Assembly: GCA_965219085.1 (NCBI GenBank)
Contig: OZ244720.1
Span: forward strand, 1,056,001-1,120,000
Direction: 5' to 3'
Source: Dehalococcoidia bacterium
GTDB taxonomy: Bacteria > Chloroflexota > Dehalococcoidia > UBA2979
DNA length: 64,000 bases
This document shows, one piece after another, positions 19,998 to 30,153 of the stretch. The position numbers and the translations under genes are program-made. Numbering within the stretch: position 1 is the first letter of the stretch; each line of letters opens with the position of its first letter. The notes below the pieces were generated by a model. It had not been told where the DNA came from and searched no databases. It saw only the letters and a list, made by a program, of their open reading frames with translations.

Positions 19998-20957
19998 TCA
20001 GCGCAGGGGCAGGTCGAGCACGGTCACCAGGCCTCGACGCGTGTTCGGGATCACTCGCGCGGCCCGCAGCACCGCCGCGGCCGTGGCGTCGTCGCCGAAC
20101 ACGCCCCCGTCGAATCGAAGCTTGAGGGGTGGCGTGCCGTCCACGACGATCTCGTCGTACTCCTCATCGACCCCTGCGTTCGCCTCGAAGTGCAAGTCGA
20201 CGAAGCGGCCGTCGGACGCCGTTCCCCGGAGCGTCTCGAGTGTGCCCTGCACCGACTCCCGTCCCGCGTCCTGGCACGGAACCATGGCGTGCTGCCAGTC
20301 GGTGAGCGTCCAGCCGAGCGCGGTGGCGAGGAGCCGGGCCGACTCCACGAGCCCGACATGGCCGAAGCCTTCCGCGTCGCGCTTCGCTTCCCACTGCGCC
20401 GGCGACAGTCCCATCCCGACCTTCTGCTGGAAGGGCACGCGCCGCTTCGACGGATCCTGCACACGGCGCACCGAGACCGACTGGATGCTGTGTGAGATCG
20501 AGGCCAGCGAGGCGGGGAGCGCGTCCATCAGGAAGCCGGGATTCACGCCCGTCGCGACGACAGTGCGCTCGGCCTGTTGCGCCAGCCGATCGATTGCAGC
20601 GGCGATCTCCGCGTGCCGTTCGAGGGGGAACGTCAGCTCCTCGCAGGTCGAGACGATGTGCAAGCCCTGTCGCAACCCCTCCTCGATCTGCGGAGCGACC
20701 TTGTCGAGGTACGACCCCGTGCAGTGGATGAGAATGCCGCCGTCCAACCGGGCATCGACCCGGGCCGCTTCGACCGAGGGTTGGACGGTGACGTCCGGCG
20801 CCCCCTCGACGAAGTCCGCGAGCGGCCGTCCCACCATGTCGGGGTTGATCTCCACCGCGCCCACGACCTCGAGGAAGGGGTCGCTCATGGCCGCCTCGGC
20901 GATGCGCATGCCGATGGGCCCCAACCCCTGCACGATGACGGGCAGCGGTCTGTTCAT
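19998..20957 (-). CDS. NAD(P)-dependent oxidoreductase (dihydrodipicolinate reductase-like / 2,4-diaminopentanoate dehydrogenase-like)
   Basis: GLGPIG Rossmann motif, STCEEL, TGVNPGFLMD, GDDATAA. Confidence 0.8.
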   Translation of the reverse strand: MNRPLPVIVQGLGPIGMRIAEAAMSDPFLEVVGAVEINPDMVGRPLADFVEGAPDVTVQPSVEAARVDARLDGGILIHCTGSYLDKVAPQIEEGLRQGLHIVSTCEELTFPLERHAEIAAAIDRLAQQAERTVVATGVNPGFLMDALPASLASISHSIQSVSVRRVQDPSKRRVPFQQKVGMGLSPAQWEAKRDAEGFGHVGLVESARLLATALGWTLTDWQHAMVPCQDAGRESVQGTLETLRGTASDGRFVDLHFEANAGVDEEYDEIVVDGTPPLKLRFDGGVFGDDATAAAVLRAARVIPNTRRGLVTVLDLPLR

Positions 20958-21094
20958 GTGCACCCTCCAGCGGTGGCGGGACGACACTCATAGTCTCCCC
21001 GCCCTCCGCCGAAGGCGCCAACGAGACCTCCTCGCCGGCCCGTTCGCGGGCGAGGGGAGCCGGGGGCGGCGGCGAACGTCTGTACCATGCAGCT

Positions 21095-21514
21095 ATGGTC
21101 GGCTATTCGGGGACACCGCTGCCGCGCAAGCTCGGCATCAAGCCCGGTCACCGGATGGCCCTGCTCCGCGCCCCCGAGGGTTTCGACGCCACGCTCGGCG
21201 AGATGCCGGAGGGCGTCGCGATGCGCCGCTCGGCGCGCGGGCCGCTCGACGTGATCGTGAGCTTCACCGGCAGCGAGCGTGAACTGCGGCGCCGCTTCGC
21301 CACGCTCGCGCGGGCGCTCGACCCGTCGGGCGGGCTGTGGATCGCGTGGCCGAAGCGCGCCTCGGGCGTGCCGACGGACCTCGACGGCAACGTGGTGCGC
21401 GAGGTCGGGCTCGCGCACGGCCTCGTCGACAACAAGGTGTGCGCGATCGACGAGACGTGGTCGGGGCTGCGGTTCGTGGTGCGCGTCGACCCGATGCCGG
21501 GCCGCCAGAACTAG
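21095..21514 (+). CDS. DUF3052-like protein
   Basis: GYSGTPL.RKLGIK, LWIAWPK, GLVDNKVCAIDETWSGLRF. Confidence 0.8.
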   Translation: MVGYSGTPLPRKLGIKPGHRMALLRAPEGFDATLGEMPEGVAMRRSARGPLDVIVSFTGSERELRRRFATLARALDPSGGLWIAWPKRASGVPTDLDGNVVREVGLAHGLVDNKVCAIDETWSGLRFVVRVDPMPGRQN

Positions 21515-22451
21515 TTCTGTCGTCGTCGGCCTTCTCGCTGCACACGCCACCGCAGCCACATCGCATATGCAATCAGGACGATGGGGACCAGCGCGACGGC
21601 CGCGACGACGGTGAACACGGCGGGCGGACTCGAGAGCCCATCCCACGGGCTGCTCTCGTCGCCGTCCCTGCCCGTTCCCCGCAGTGCCGATCCCGTTTCC
21701 GTCACCAGCTCGCTATCAGGCCCTTCAAGCACCAACACGCGAGTCATCAGCCGGCGCCTTCGGGCGACCAGACCAGAGGCCCGAACCCGCGGTCTACGCG
21801 CGATTCTGGCCCGCCCCTCCACATCCACCACGTACAGGTCCGTGCTGCCTGACTCCCCTTCCTCATCCCTCATGAACGCTATCCGCCGGCCGTCGGGTGA
21901 CCACGCCAACCGACTGCGCTGCACGCTCCACCCGGTCGTCCGTTCGGCCACCTGCCTCAGGTTCGAGCCGTCCGTACCAACGACATACAGCACCCCATCC
22001 AGCTCTCCCGGGAAGGCCAACCGCGTCCCGTCCGGCGACCACGCCGGCTCACTCTGCGAGACTCCGCCCTCCGTGAGCTGCTGCCGTGCCCTGTCACCCC
22101 CGCAGAAGAGCAGCCCAAGCCTGCCGTCGAGCTGCGCGGTCACGATGTCGTAGTTCCCCGCCCGCCCGCCGTTGCGCAGCGTGGCGTACGCCACCTGCGT
22201 CCCATCCGGGCGGATCACGTAGATGCTCCCGTCGCGCCCCCGCTGCCCGCCGTTCCACCGGAAGACGATCGCCGGCTCACCGCCAACGTAGCCCCAGGCG
22301 GGCCGTAGTGACCGGCGGCTTCTTCGCGACACGACCCGTAACCCGATTGGCCCCAGGGATCCGCCGGCTCGCCGCCACTAACCGTCGACAGCACCGGAAG
22401 CGCCATCACCGAGGCCGTCACCATCGCAACGATGTACACACTTCCCAGCAT
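21511..22451 (-). pseudogene. Degraded TolB/PD40 beta-propeller membrane protein
   Basis: PAWSPDGTRLAF and LAWSPDGRRIAF repeats; frame changes near 22300 and 21790; C-terminal TM helix. Confidence 0.6.
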
Positions 22452-22609
22452 CAGGCGCCGCTCCGCTGCGAACCTAGTCCCGCCACGGCCTCGCGCAGCC
22501 CCGCGGCCACGCGGAGCGCGCGCTCGCGGATGCGCAGGTCGGCGGGTTGTTCCAGGCTGATCGTGTGCTCCTCGGCGCGCGCCGATGCTACGCGAAGAGC
22601 CCGCCCACG

Positions 22610-24943
22610 CTAGTCCAGCCGCGCCCGCCGCAGCCGCAGCGAGTTCGCCATCACCGAGACCGAGCTGAGCGCCATCGCGCCCGCCGCCACGATGGGGTTG
22701 AGGAAGCCGTGCTCCCCGAACACCGGGCGCAGCACCGTCGGCGTCGAGGCGCCGTCGAACAGCGCCGCCAGCGCGACGTAGCCGAGCCCGGCGGCGACCG
22801 GGATGAGCAGCGTGTTGTAGCCGAACGCCCACAGCAAGTTCAGGCGCATCGTCCGCATCGTCGCGCGGCTGAGCGCGATCGCCGCCGCGACGCCGCCGAG
22901 GTCGGCGCGCATGAGCGTGACCGGTGCGGCCTCCAACGCAACGTCGGAGCCACCGCCGATCGCGATGCCGACGTCGGCCTGCACGAGCGCGGGGGCGTCG
23001 TTGATGCCGTCGCCCGCCATCGCGACGCGTCGGCCCTCGTCCTGTAGCGCGCGCACCGCCGCCGCCTTCCCGTCGGGCAGCACCTCGGCAATGACGCGCT
23101 CGATGCCGGCTTCGCGCGCGATCGCCTCGGCGGTCTCGCGACGGTCGCCCGTGAGCATCACCGTCTCGATACCGAGTACGCGGAGCCGCGCCACCGCGGC
23201 GCGCGTGGTCGGCCGCAGCCGGTCGGCGACGGTGACGAGGCCCGCCGGTTGGCCGTCGAGCGCGACGAGCAGCGGCGTCTCGCCGCGCGCCGCCGCGTCG
23301 GTGGCCGCCTCGCGGAGCGCGCCGAGGTCGACCCCCTCGGCTTCGAGCAGCGCGACCGTCCCGGATACCACCGCACGCCCCTCGACGGTCGCGACGACGC
23401 CCATGCCGGGCTCGGCGCGGAAGTCGTCCGGCCATGCGAGGTCGAGGCCTCGTCGCTCCGCCTCGCGCGCGAGCGCCGAGGCGATCGGGTGCTCAGAGCC
23501 GCGCTCGGCCGACGCGAGGAGCCGTAACAGCTCTTCCTCGCCCGCGAGCGCGCCGGCCAGCGACTCGACCGTGACGACCTCGGGGCGGCCCTCGGTGAGC
23601 GTGCCGGTCTTGTCGAGCGCGACGGCGTCGACCTCGTGCGCCTGTTCGAGCGCGCGGGCGTCGCGAATGAGCACGCCTGCCTCGGCGCCACGGCCGATGC
23701 CGACGGCGATGGCCGTGGGTGTGGCGAGGCCGAGCGCGCACGGGCAGGCGATGATGAGCACGGTGACGGCGTTGATCAGCGCGAACGTCAGCGCAGGCTC
23801 GGGACCGAGCACCCACCAGCCGGCGAACGTCAGCGCAGCGACGACCAGCACGGCGGGCACGAACACCGCCGCCACCCGGTCCACCAGCGCCTGGATCGGC
23901 GCCTTCGAGGCCTGCGCGAACTCGACGAGCTTGGTGATGCGCGCCAGCGCCGAGTCGGCGCCGACGGCCGTCGCACGGAGTTGCAGCGCGCCCGTTGCGT
24001 TCAGCGTCGCGCCGTAGACCGCGTCGCCCGGCCGCTTCGCGACCGCCATCGACTCGCCGGTCAGCATCGACTCGTCGACGGCCGACGCGCCCTCGACCAC
24101 CTCGCCGTCGACGGGGAGCCGCTCGCCCGGCCGCACGACGACGATGTCGCCGGGCTGCACGGCGGCGATGGGGATCTCGTACTCCTCGCCGTCCTCCAAC
24201 ACCCGCGCGAGCGTCGGGCGCAGCTCGATGAGGCGGCGGACGGCCTCGGACGAGCTCGCCCTGGCGCGCGCCTCGAGCAGCCGGCCGAAGAGCACGAGCG
24301 CGACGATGGCGGCGGCTGTGTCGAAGTAGACGTTGGCGCGCAGCCCTGCCTCGGGTGCGAAGAGGCCGGGGGCGAAGGTCGCGAGCACCGAGTACCAGTA
24401 GGCCGCGGAGGTGCCGATGGCGATGAGCGTGTGCATGTCGGCGGTGCGGTGTCGCGCCATGCGCCACGCGGCGGCGTGGAAGCGCCAGCCCGCCCAGTAC
24501 TGCACCGGCGTGGCGAGGACGAAGAAGAGCGGGTGCCATACCTGGTCCGGCACCGCGTCGAGGCCCGGCAGGCGCGTGTACGCCATCGAGCCGACGAGTA
24601 GCGCGGCGATCACGCCGGCGAAGATGGTGCGGGTGCGCAGCGCGCGGTACTCGGCCCGCCGTTCGGCGTCGAGGCTGTCTCGCGCCTCGTCCTCGTCGGC
24701 GCCCTCGCCGGGCAGCCAGACGTCGTAGCCGGCCCTGGTGACCGCCTCGCGGAGCGCGGCGAGCGGCGTGCCCGAGGTGGCGACCATGGCCTCCTCGGTG
24801 GCGAGGTTCACGCTCGCCGCCTCGACGCCCTCCACGGCGACAAGCGCGCGCTCGACGCGCCGCACGCAGGAGGCGCAGGTCATGCCGCGCACGGGCAGCC
24901 GCAGCTCCTCGAGCGTGGCGGGGGCGGGGTGCTCAGTGGTCAT
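22610..24943 (-). CDS. copA: Cu(I)-exporting P1B-ATPase
   Basis: [41 protein letters not shown]. Confidence 0.95.
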   Translation of the reverse strand: MTTEHPAPATLEELRLPVRGMTCASCVRRVERALVAVEGVEAASVNLATEEAMVATSGTPLAALREAVTRAGYDVWLPGEGADEDEARDSLDAERRAEYRALRTRTIFAGVIAALLVGSMAYTRLPGLDAVPDQVWHPLFFVLATPVQYWAGWRFHAAAWRMARHRTADMHTLIAIGTSAAYWYSVLATFAPGLFAPEAGLRANVYFDTAAAIVALVLFGRLLEARARASSSEAVRRLIELRPTLARVLEDGEEYEIPIAAVQPGDIVVVRPGERLPVDGEVVEGASAVDESMLTGESMAVAKRPGDAVYGATLNATGALQLRATAVGADSALARITKLVEFAQASKAPIQALVDRVAAVFVPAVLVVAALTFAGWWVLGPEPALTFALINAVTVLIIACPCALGLATPTAIAVGIGRGAEAGVLIRDARALEQAHEVDAVALDKTGTLTEGRPEVVTVESLAGALAGEEELLRLLASAERGSEHPIASALAREAERRGLDLAWPDDFRAEPGMGVVATVEGRAVVSGTVALLEAEGVDLGALREAATDAAARGETPLLVALDGQPAGLVTVADRLRPTTRAAVARLRVLGIETVMLTGDRRETAEAIAREAGIERVIAEVLPDGKAAAVRALQDEGRRVAMAGDGINDAPALVQADVGIAIGGGSDVALEAAPVTLMRADLGGVAAAIALSRATMRTMRLNLLWAFGYNTLLIPVAAGLGYVALAALFDGASTPTVLRPVFGEHGFLNPIVAAGAMALSSVSVMANSLRLRRARLD

Positions 24944-24997
24944 GCGAAGATGCTAACGGGTTGACCCATTGCGCGTGCGTCCGGTAGACACAATCTC

Positions 24998-25243
24998 ATG
25001 AGAAAGCGTCTCGAAGTCCTCGTCGATGACGGTGAATACAGTGCGATCCGCGAGGCTTCTTGGAAGCAGCGGCTGACCGTGTCCGAATGGGTGCGTCGCG
25101 CTTTGCGACAGGCGCTGGCCGGCGAAGCTGATGCGGTCGAGACGAAGCTGGCCGCGATCGCCAACGCGTCGCGGCACGGTTTCCCGACGGCGGATATCGA
25201 GGTCATGCTCGACGAGATCGAGCGAGGGCGAGCCCTCCGCTAA
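24998..25243 (+). CDS. Orphan CopG/RHH antitoxin-like protein
   Basis: RLEVLVDD...TVSEWVRRAL; no adjacent toxin, the IS follows directly. Confidence 0.7.
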   Translation: MRKRLEVLVDDGEYSAIREASWKQRLTVSEWVRRALRQALAGEADAVETKLAAIANASRHGFPTADIEVMLDEIERGRALR

Positions 25244-25472
25244 GCTAAGCCCGCATCCACCGATCGAAGCTTGACGGGGCGGGATGCCGGGCTACCCGAG
25301 AGTTCGGCGGGCGTGCCGGCGTTCGCCGGGCAGTGCCGGGGGCGGGCCGGAGCGAGGAGCCGTCGCTCAGCGCCGCTCGGGGGCGCTGAGGGCGCGGGCG
25401 CGAGGGTGCGCGAGGCGTGCGCGGGCATGCTGGCGCGAGGCTCGGACCCGGGGCCGGCGCTGTGAGCGGGCG

Positions 25473-25858
25473 TCAGGCCGGGAGCGGTATCGCCCGTAGT
25501 CGCGCGAGCGCGGCTGCCAGCTGCCCGGCCCAGGGCCAGCGCTTCGGGAGGTGCAGGGTCCAGCGCCGGGCGGAGTGGGTGAGCCGTCCGGCGAGAGCGA
25601 AGTAGCGCCGCCTGAGCGTCCTGGTCGTGACGATTCCCTCGCCGAGCCCCAGCCGCGCCGTCCAGCGGGCGAGGTTGTGCGCGATCACCTGCACCGCGAG
25701 CCACGCCGCGTTCGCGGCGAAGCGGCCCGAGGGGAGATGATTGAGCCCGACGCCGTACTTGAGGTCACGGATCGCGTTCTCGATCTCGGCGTGACGGCGA
25801 TGGTCGGCCTCGAGCTCCATCATCTCCCCCGGCGCGGTCGGTGATGGAGGCGTGGTAG
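25473..25858 (-). pseudogene. IS1380 transposase, C-terminal fragment
   Basis: YHASITDR...EIENAIRDLKYGVGLNHLPSGRFAANAAWL...LPKRWPW; frameshift in C run near 25826. Confidence 0.88.
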
Positions 25859-25950
25859 ACCGTATGGAGTGACCGGCTCCGAGTTCGCAAACTCGCGGGT
25901 TACAGACGCGAGGCCACAGAGCCGCATACGAAAGGGAGCCGGTCAGGAAC

Positions 25951-26898
25951 ATGACTACCACATACGCAGGGATGGATGCACACGCCGCGACGATCCGGGT
26001 AGCGGTGCTGGCGCCGGGGGCCGAGCGGCCCGAGGAGTGGCAGCTGACGAACGAGCGGCGGTCGGTGAAGCGGCTCGCGCAACGCCTGAAGCGCATGGCG
26101 CCGGGGCCGGTCGTGGCCTGCTACGAGGCGGGGCCGGGGGGCTTCGCGCTACAGCGCCAGCTCGAGGCCGAAGGCATCGAATGCCGGGTGATCGCGCCGG
26201 CGCTGATCCCGATGCGGCCCGGCGACCGCGTCAAGACCGACCGCCGCGACGCCAGGAAGCCGGCGGAGCTGCTGCGCGCGGACCTGCTCACGGCGGTGCA
26301 TCCCCCGACCATCGACCAGGAGGCGGTGCGCGACCTCTGCCGGGCGCGCGAGGACGCCGTGACCGACCGCACGCGGGCGCGCCACCGCCTGGCGAAGCTG
26401 CTGCTGCGGCGCGGCATCGCCTACGACGGGCGGAACTGGACGCTGCGGCACCGCCGCTGGCTGCTGACGCTGCGCTTCGAACACCGGGCCGCGCAGGCCA
26501 CCTTCGACGACTACCTGCGCGCGCTCGAGGGCGTGGAGGAGCGGCTGCGCACGCTGGAGCAGGAACTGGCCGCGTGTGCCGCCAGCGACGACTACCGCGA
26601 GGCGGTGGGGCTGCTGCGCTGCTTCCGCGGGGTCGACACGGTGACGGCGATGACGGTGGGGGCAGCGCTGCGCAAGCGCCGCGAGGGCCAGCCGGGCTGG
26701 GCCGTGGTGCTGGCCGACCGCGCGCAGGCCCGGCTCTATCGCCGCCACCGGCGGCTGGCCGCTCACGGCAAGCCGTCGGTCGTGGCGAACACTGCCGTCG
26801 CCCGTGAACTCGCGGGCTACCTGTGGGCGGTGCTGCGGCGTATCCCCGCATCCGCGGGCGGGCCGAAGGTCGGCGCCCGGGAGCAGGCGGCGGCCTGA
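25951..26898 (+). pseudogene. IS110-family transposase with in-frame internal deletion
   Basis: DEDD RuvC-like domain (GMDAH, CYEAG, KTDRRDA) intact; jumps from FRGVDTVTAMTV to GAALRKR, lacking the catalytic-Ser segment. Confidence 0.85.
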
Positions 26899-27115
26899 TA
26901 CCACGCGCCCGGTCCGTGGCGAGGGCGGAGACGGCGGTACGCCGTTCCGGAGCAGGAGAGGATGGATGAGCGAGGGCAGGCTCAGGAGGATGCGCGGTAC
27001 AGCTATGCGGCAGCGGCGCCCAGCGCCGTCAACCCGCGACGCTAGACGGCGACCCCTCCCGGCGAAGCACGGTCATGCGGCAAGGCCCGAGGCAACCCGA
27101 CGTTCCTATAGAGAG

Positions 27116-28375
27116 TCAAGGGAGCGATCCGGCAGCCTCCTGCGCGGCGTGAGCGGCGAGGCGATTCGGGACAGAGGGATGCCCCGCTTCCAACCCCGCC
27201 CGCGCTGATCCGGGATCCGTGGATGCCCGTGTTGGCTGCCGTGGGTGCTCGCCGTCCACAGACGCGGGGGGCCCGCCCTCACAGGCGCGGGGGGCGCCGG
27301 GAGTCGAGCCGGGCGACAGCTGCGTGGCGTATCGCGCCAGATCGGCAGTGAGCGTTCGATAGAGCTGGCGAGCGACATAGCGCTTCAGGCAGCGGATGAT
27401 CTCGCGTTTGGACTTACCCTCCGCAGTGCGCTTCGCCACGTAAGCTCTGGTGCGGGCGCAATAGCGCAGGCGGACGAGCACGATCCGGTACAGCGCGCTG
27501 TTGGCCTGCCGGTCGCCGCCCGGGTTCAGGCGATGTCGCTGCGTGCGCCCGGAGGACGCCTCGAGGGGCGCGGCGCCGCAGAGCCGTGCGAAGGCGGCCT
27601 CGCTCGACAGCCGTCCGATGTTCTCGCCGGGGGTGACGAGTAACTGCGCGGCGTTCACGATGCCGACACCGGGCAGTGCGAGGGAGCCGGGTGCGACCCT
27701 CTCCACAAGTGACCGCAGCGCCTGGTCGAGATCGGCGACCTCGCGGTCCAGCTCGGCGACGTGGTGAGCGACGCTGCGCAGCGCGAGCTTCGCGGCCTGT
27801 AGTGGTTGGTCGAGCCGGGCCCTGTCCGGACGGAATCGCGCGCACTGCCGCGCCTTCGCGGGCAGGGTCTGCTGCGGCAGCGCCTCGCGGAGTTCCGCCG
27901 GCGCCGTGGCGATCAGGTCGCGCAGCTGCAGCAGCGCCGCACTGCGGGCCTTGACCGCGGCTGAACGAGCATTTGCGAGGGTGCGGATCGACTCGACGAC
28001 ACCGTTCGTGGCCTTGGGCAGCACCTGCGCCGTACCCGCCAGCACCTGCCTCGCGGCGGCCTCGGCGTCGATCGGGTCTGACTTACCCTGGCGCCGGCGC
28101 GTGTGCCGGTGCGGCTGGCTGACCTCGCGCACATCCAGCCCCTGTGCGAGCAACCAGCGTGTGAGCCCGGCCCCGTAGGACGAGGCGCCCTCCACGGCGA
28201 TCGTCGCGATCGTGCCGAACGCCTCCAGCCACTGGTGCAACTCCCGGTAGCCCCGCGCGGTCGCTGGGAACTCGGCATCCCCGAGTCTCTCTCCTCGATC
28301 GTCGAGTGCGACTGCGTGGTGCGTGCGGGAGTGGGTATCCACCCCTCCGATGACACCGCTCCGCGTTTCCGGCAT
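27116..28375 (-). CDS. IS110-family transposase (bridge recombinase)
   Basis: GVDTH, VEG, KSDPIDA (DEDD); PLEASSG catalytic Ser; RLNPGGDRQAN; KREIIRCLKR. Confidence 0.95.
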   Translation of the reverse strand: MPETRSGVIGGVDTHSRTHHAVALDDRGERLGDAEFPATARGYRELHQWLEAFGTIATIAVEGASSYGAGLTRWLLAQGLDVREVSQPHRHTRRRQGKSDPIDAEAAARQVLAGTAQVLPKATNGVVESIRTLANARSAAVKARSAALLQLRDLIATAPAELREALPQQTLPAKARQCARFRPDRARLDQPLQAAKLALRSVAHHVAELDREVADLDQALRSLVERVAPGSLALPGVGIVNAAQLLVTPGENIGRLSSEAAFARLCGAAPLEASSGRTQRHRLNPGGDRQANSALYRIVLVRLRYCARTRAYVAKRTAEGKSKREIIRCLKRYVARQLYRTLTADLARYATQLSPGSTPGAPRACEGGPPASVDGEHPRQPTRASTDPGSARAGLEAGHPSVPNRLAAHAAQEAAGSLP

Positions 28376-28605
28376 GCTCGCCGTACCTTCCTGCGGGGAG
28401 GTGTGTGACCGGGTCGTGGTGGGCGGACAGAACAGCGATGAGGCAACTCTGAGCCAGGTTCCTATGAGGTCACGCCACCCGCGGCCCGGTCACTTGGTGG
28501 ATGCGAGGAGGGCGGAGCCGACACGTCGGATTGAGGACACCGCTCGCGGTGGGTCAGCGAATATCTAGGTCAGGCTCCGTCCTTCTCGCTGTGAGTATCT
28601 TCGCT
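28376..28605 (-). ncRNA. Bridge RNA of the inner IS110
   Basis: Target guides at 28557-28565 and 28523-28533; donor guides at 28458-28465 and 28430-28438; order LTG-RTG-LDG-RDG on the minus strand. Confidence 0.85.
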
Positions 28606-28726
28606 GCGAATATCAGAGTGACACGTCGTCGAAGCAGCGCCCTCGTTCGTCCATCTCCCCCCGTTCCGGAGCCGGATCGCCACGACCACCGCCGGTGCTG
28701 CTTGACAGCCGGTCACTCCATATCAG

Positions 28727-29486
28727 CTGTACGTCGCGAAGAGCGCGAGCTGTGAGCCGGGCGTCGGCTTCACGCGCCGCACGATGAGCCGCACCGCGCT
28801 GGCGTCCGCCATGTGCTGGAACGGCGTGTACGTCGTCTCGGCGACAGCGGCGCCGCCCGGCAGCCAGTACGGGATCGGCGTCCAGTCCGCTTCCGGTATC
28901 GCCTCGATCAGCGTGCGTACGTTCGGCTGCTGGCGAATCGTGACCGAGAAGCGGACGTCCTGCTTGCGGCAGGCGGCGACGACCCCGTGGTTGTAGAAGC
29001 CGCTGTCGGCTCGCATCGTGAGCTGCCCGCTCGCCCCGGCGTCGCGGACCCGCGCCACCGTCTCACGCAGGAAGTGGGCGGCGCCGCGCCGGGTCCCGCT
29101 CCGGCCGCCCATGCGCGGGCGAGCAATGCGCGGCTGAGGCGGTCGAGCTGGCGGACGTGGCCCCAGCGGAAGCTGCGCAGGAAGGTCCCGAGGGTGGACG
29201 GCGCCTTCACGGTGCAGCCGAGCACGCGCCCGGCGCCGCCGGCGCGCATCGCATCGGCGTCGTCGATGCAGTCGCCGCCGGCGAGCGCCGAGGCGACCAG
29301 GGTCAGCAGCTTGTCGCCGGCGTTCGCCCGCCCCGGCGCGTCACCGAGGTCGAGATAGCGCTCGGCAAGATCGGGGAGACCGAGACGACCGGCGAGCGTG
29401 GCGGGGAGCAGCAGGCCCGCGTGGTCCACGAGGCGGTCGTCGTCGAAGGCGATGTCTATCCGGTCGGGGTCGCTCGTTGGTAGCAT
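28727..29486 (-). pseudogene. IS1380 transposase, N-terminal fragment with internal deletion/frameshift near 29095
   Basis: FDDDRLVDHAGL, GGDCIDD, APSTLGTFLRSF; then RADSGFY...RLIVRR in another frame. Confidence 0.88.
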
Positions 29487-29627
29487 CGAATGGTTGCTCC
29501 CTGTGGCTCGGACGTGATTCGTACAAAACCATTGTCCCAGCTACAGCGAAGCACCCAACCTCAGCCGCTCGCGCGCCCTCCGCTAAGCTAAGGGACGCCC
29601 CCGGCAGCACGTCGGTAGGAACGTCCT

Positions 29628-30083
29628 CTACGCGTCCTCGATAATCCAGCGGTCCGTGTCGCGCTGCCAGCTCGGCAGCGGCTCATCACCGAAGAACAGC
29701 GCGATCTCGCGCTCCGCGCTCTCCGGCCCGTCCGAGCCATGCACCAGGTTGCGCCCCACATCGAGGCCGAGGTCGCCGCGGATCGTGCCGGGCGCGGCCT
29801 CCGTCGGGCGTGTCGCCCCCATCGTCTGGCGCGCGGCGGCGATCGCATCGGGGCCCTCGAGCACGGCCGCCACCAGCGGGCTCGACGTGATGTAGTCGAC
29901 GAGCCCGGCGAAGAACGGCTTCCCGTCGTGCTCCGCGTAGTGCCGGCGCGCGAGCGCTTCGTCGACGTGCACGAGCCGCAGCCCGACGATGCGCAGGCCG
30001 CGCGCTTCGAGGCGCCCCAGCACCTCTCCGATGAGTCCTCGTTGCACGGCGTCGGGCTTGACCAGGATCAGCGTGCGCTCCAC
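29628..30083 (-). CDS. ndk: Nucleoside diphosphate kinase
   Basis: [30 protein letters not shown]. Confidence 0.97.
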   Translation of the reverse strand: MERTLILVKPDAVQRGLIGEVLGRLEARGLRIVGLRLVHVDEALARRHYAEHDGKPFFAGLVDYITSSPLVAAVLEGPDAIAAARQTMGATRPTEAAPGTIRGDLGLDVGRNLVHGSDGPESAEREIALFFGDEPLPSWQRDTDRWIIEDA

Positions 30084-30153
30084 GGCGCCTTCCCTTCGAT
30101 GCGTCTCGATGCGGTTTCACTTCTTCGTCTGGCTGCTCGCGCGCTCGTGCGGC

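Larger units (their letters stand above)
27102..28607 (-). mobile_element. IS110-family element (inner, apparently intact)
   Basis: Ends defined by guide matches and restoration of the outer ncRNA; TTGACT at right end and GATACT at left end would form a junction promoter on circularisation. Confidence 0.88.
26899..28724 (+). ncRNA. Bridge/seek RNA region of the outer element (split: 26899-27101 + 28608-28724)
   Basis: GTACAGCTA 26997-27005 is the reverse complement of target TAGCTGTAC; ACGGTC 27069-27074 and ATATCAGA 28610-28617 match the circle junction; closing stem between ~26955-26977 and ~28639-28658. Confidence 0.65.
25857..28726 (+). mobile_element. IS1111-type IS110-family element (outer)
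   Basis: AG core at 25857-25858 and 28725-28726; removal restores ...FATYSYH... of the IS1380 transposase; perfect 16-bp subterminal IR TATGGAGTGACCGGCT at 25863-25878 and 28707-28722; outward TTGACA at 28702. Confidence 0.9.
25232..29592 (-). mobile_element. Degenerate IS1380-family element bounded by an 18-bp direct repeat and interrupted by nested IS110 elements
   Basis: Transposase pieces 29486-28727 (RADSGF) and 25858-25473 (HRRHAEIENAIRDLK); GCCCTCCGCTAAGCTAAG at 25232-25249 and 29575-29592. Confidence 0.85.
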
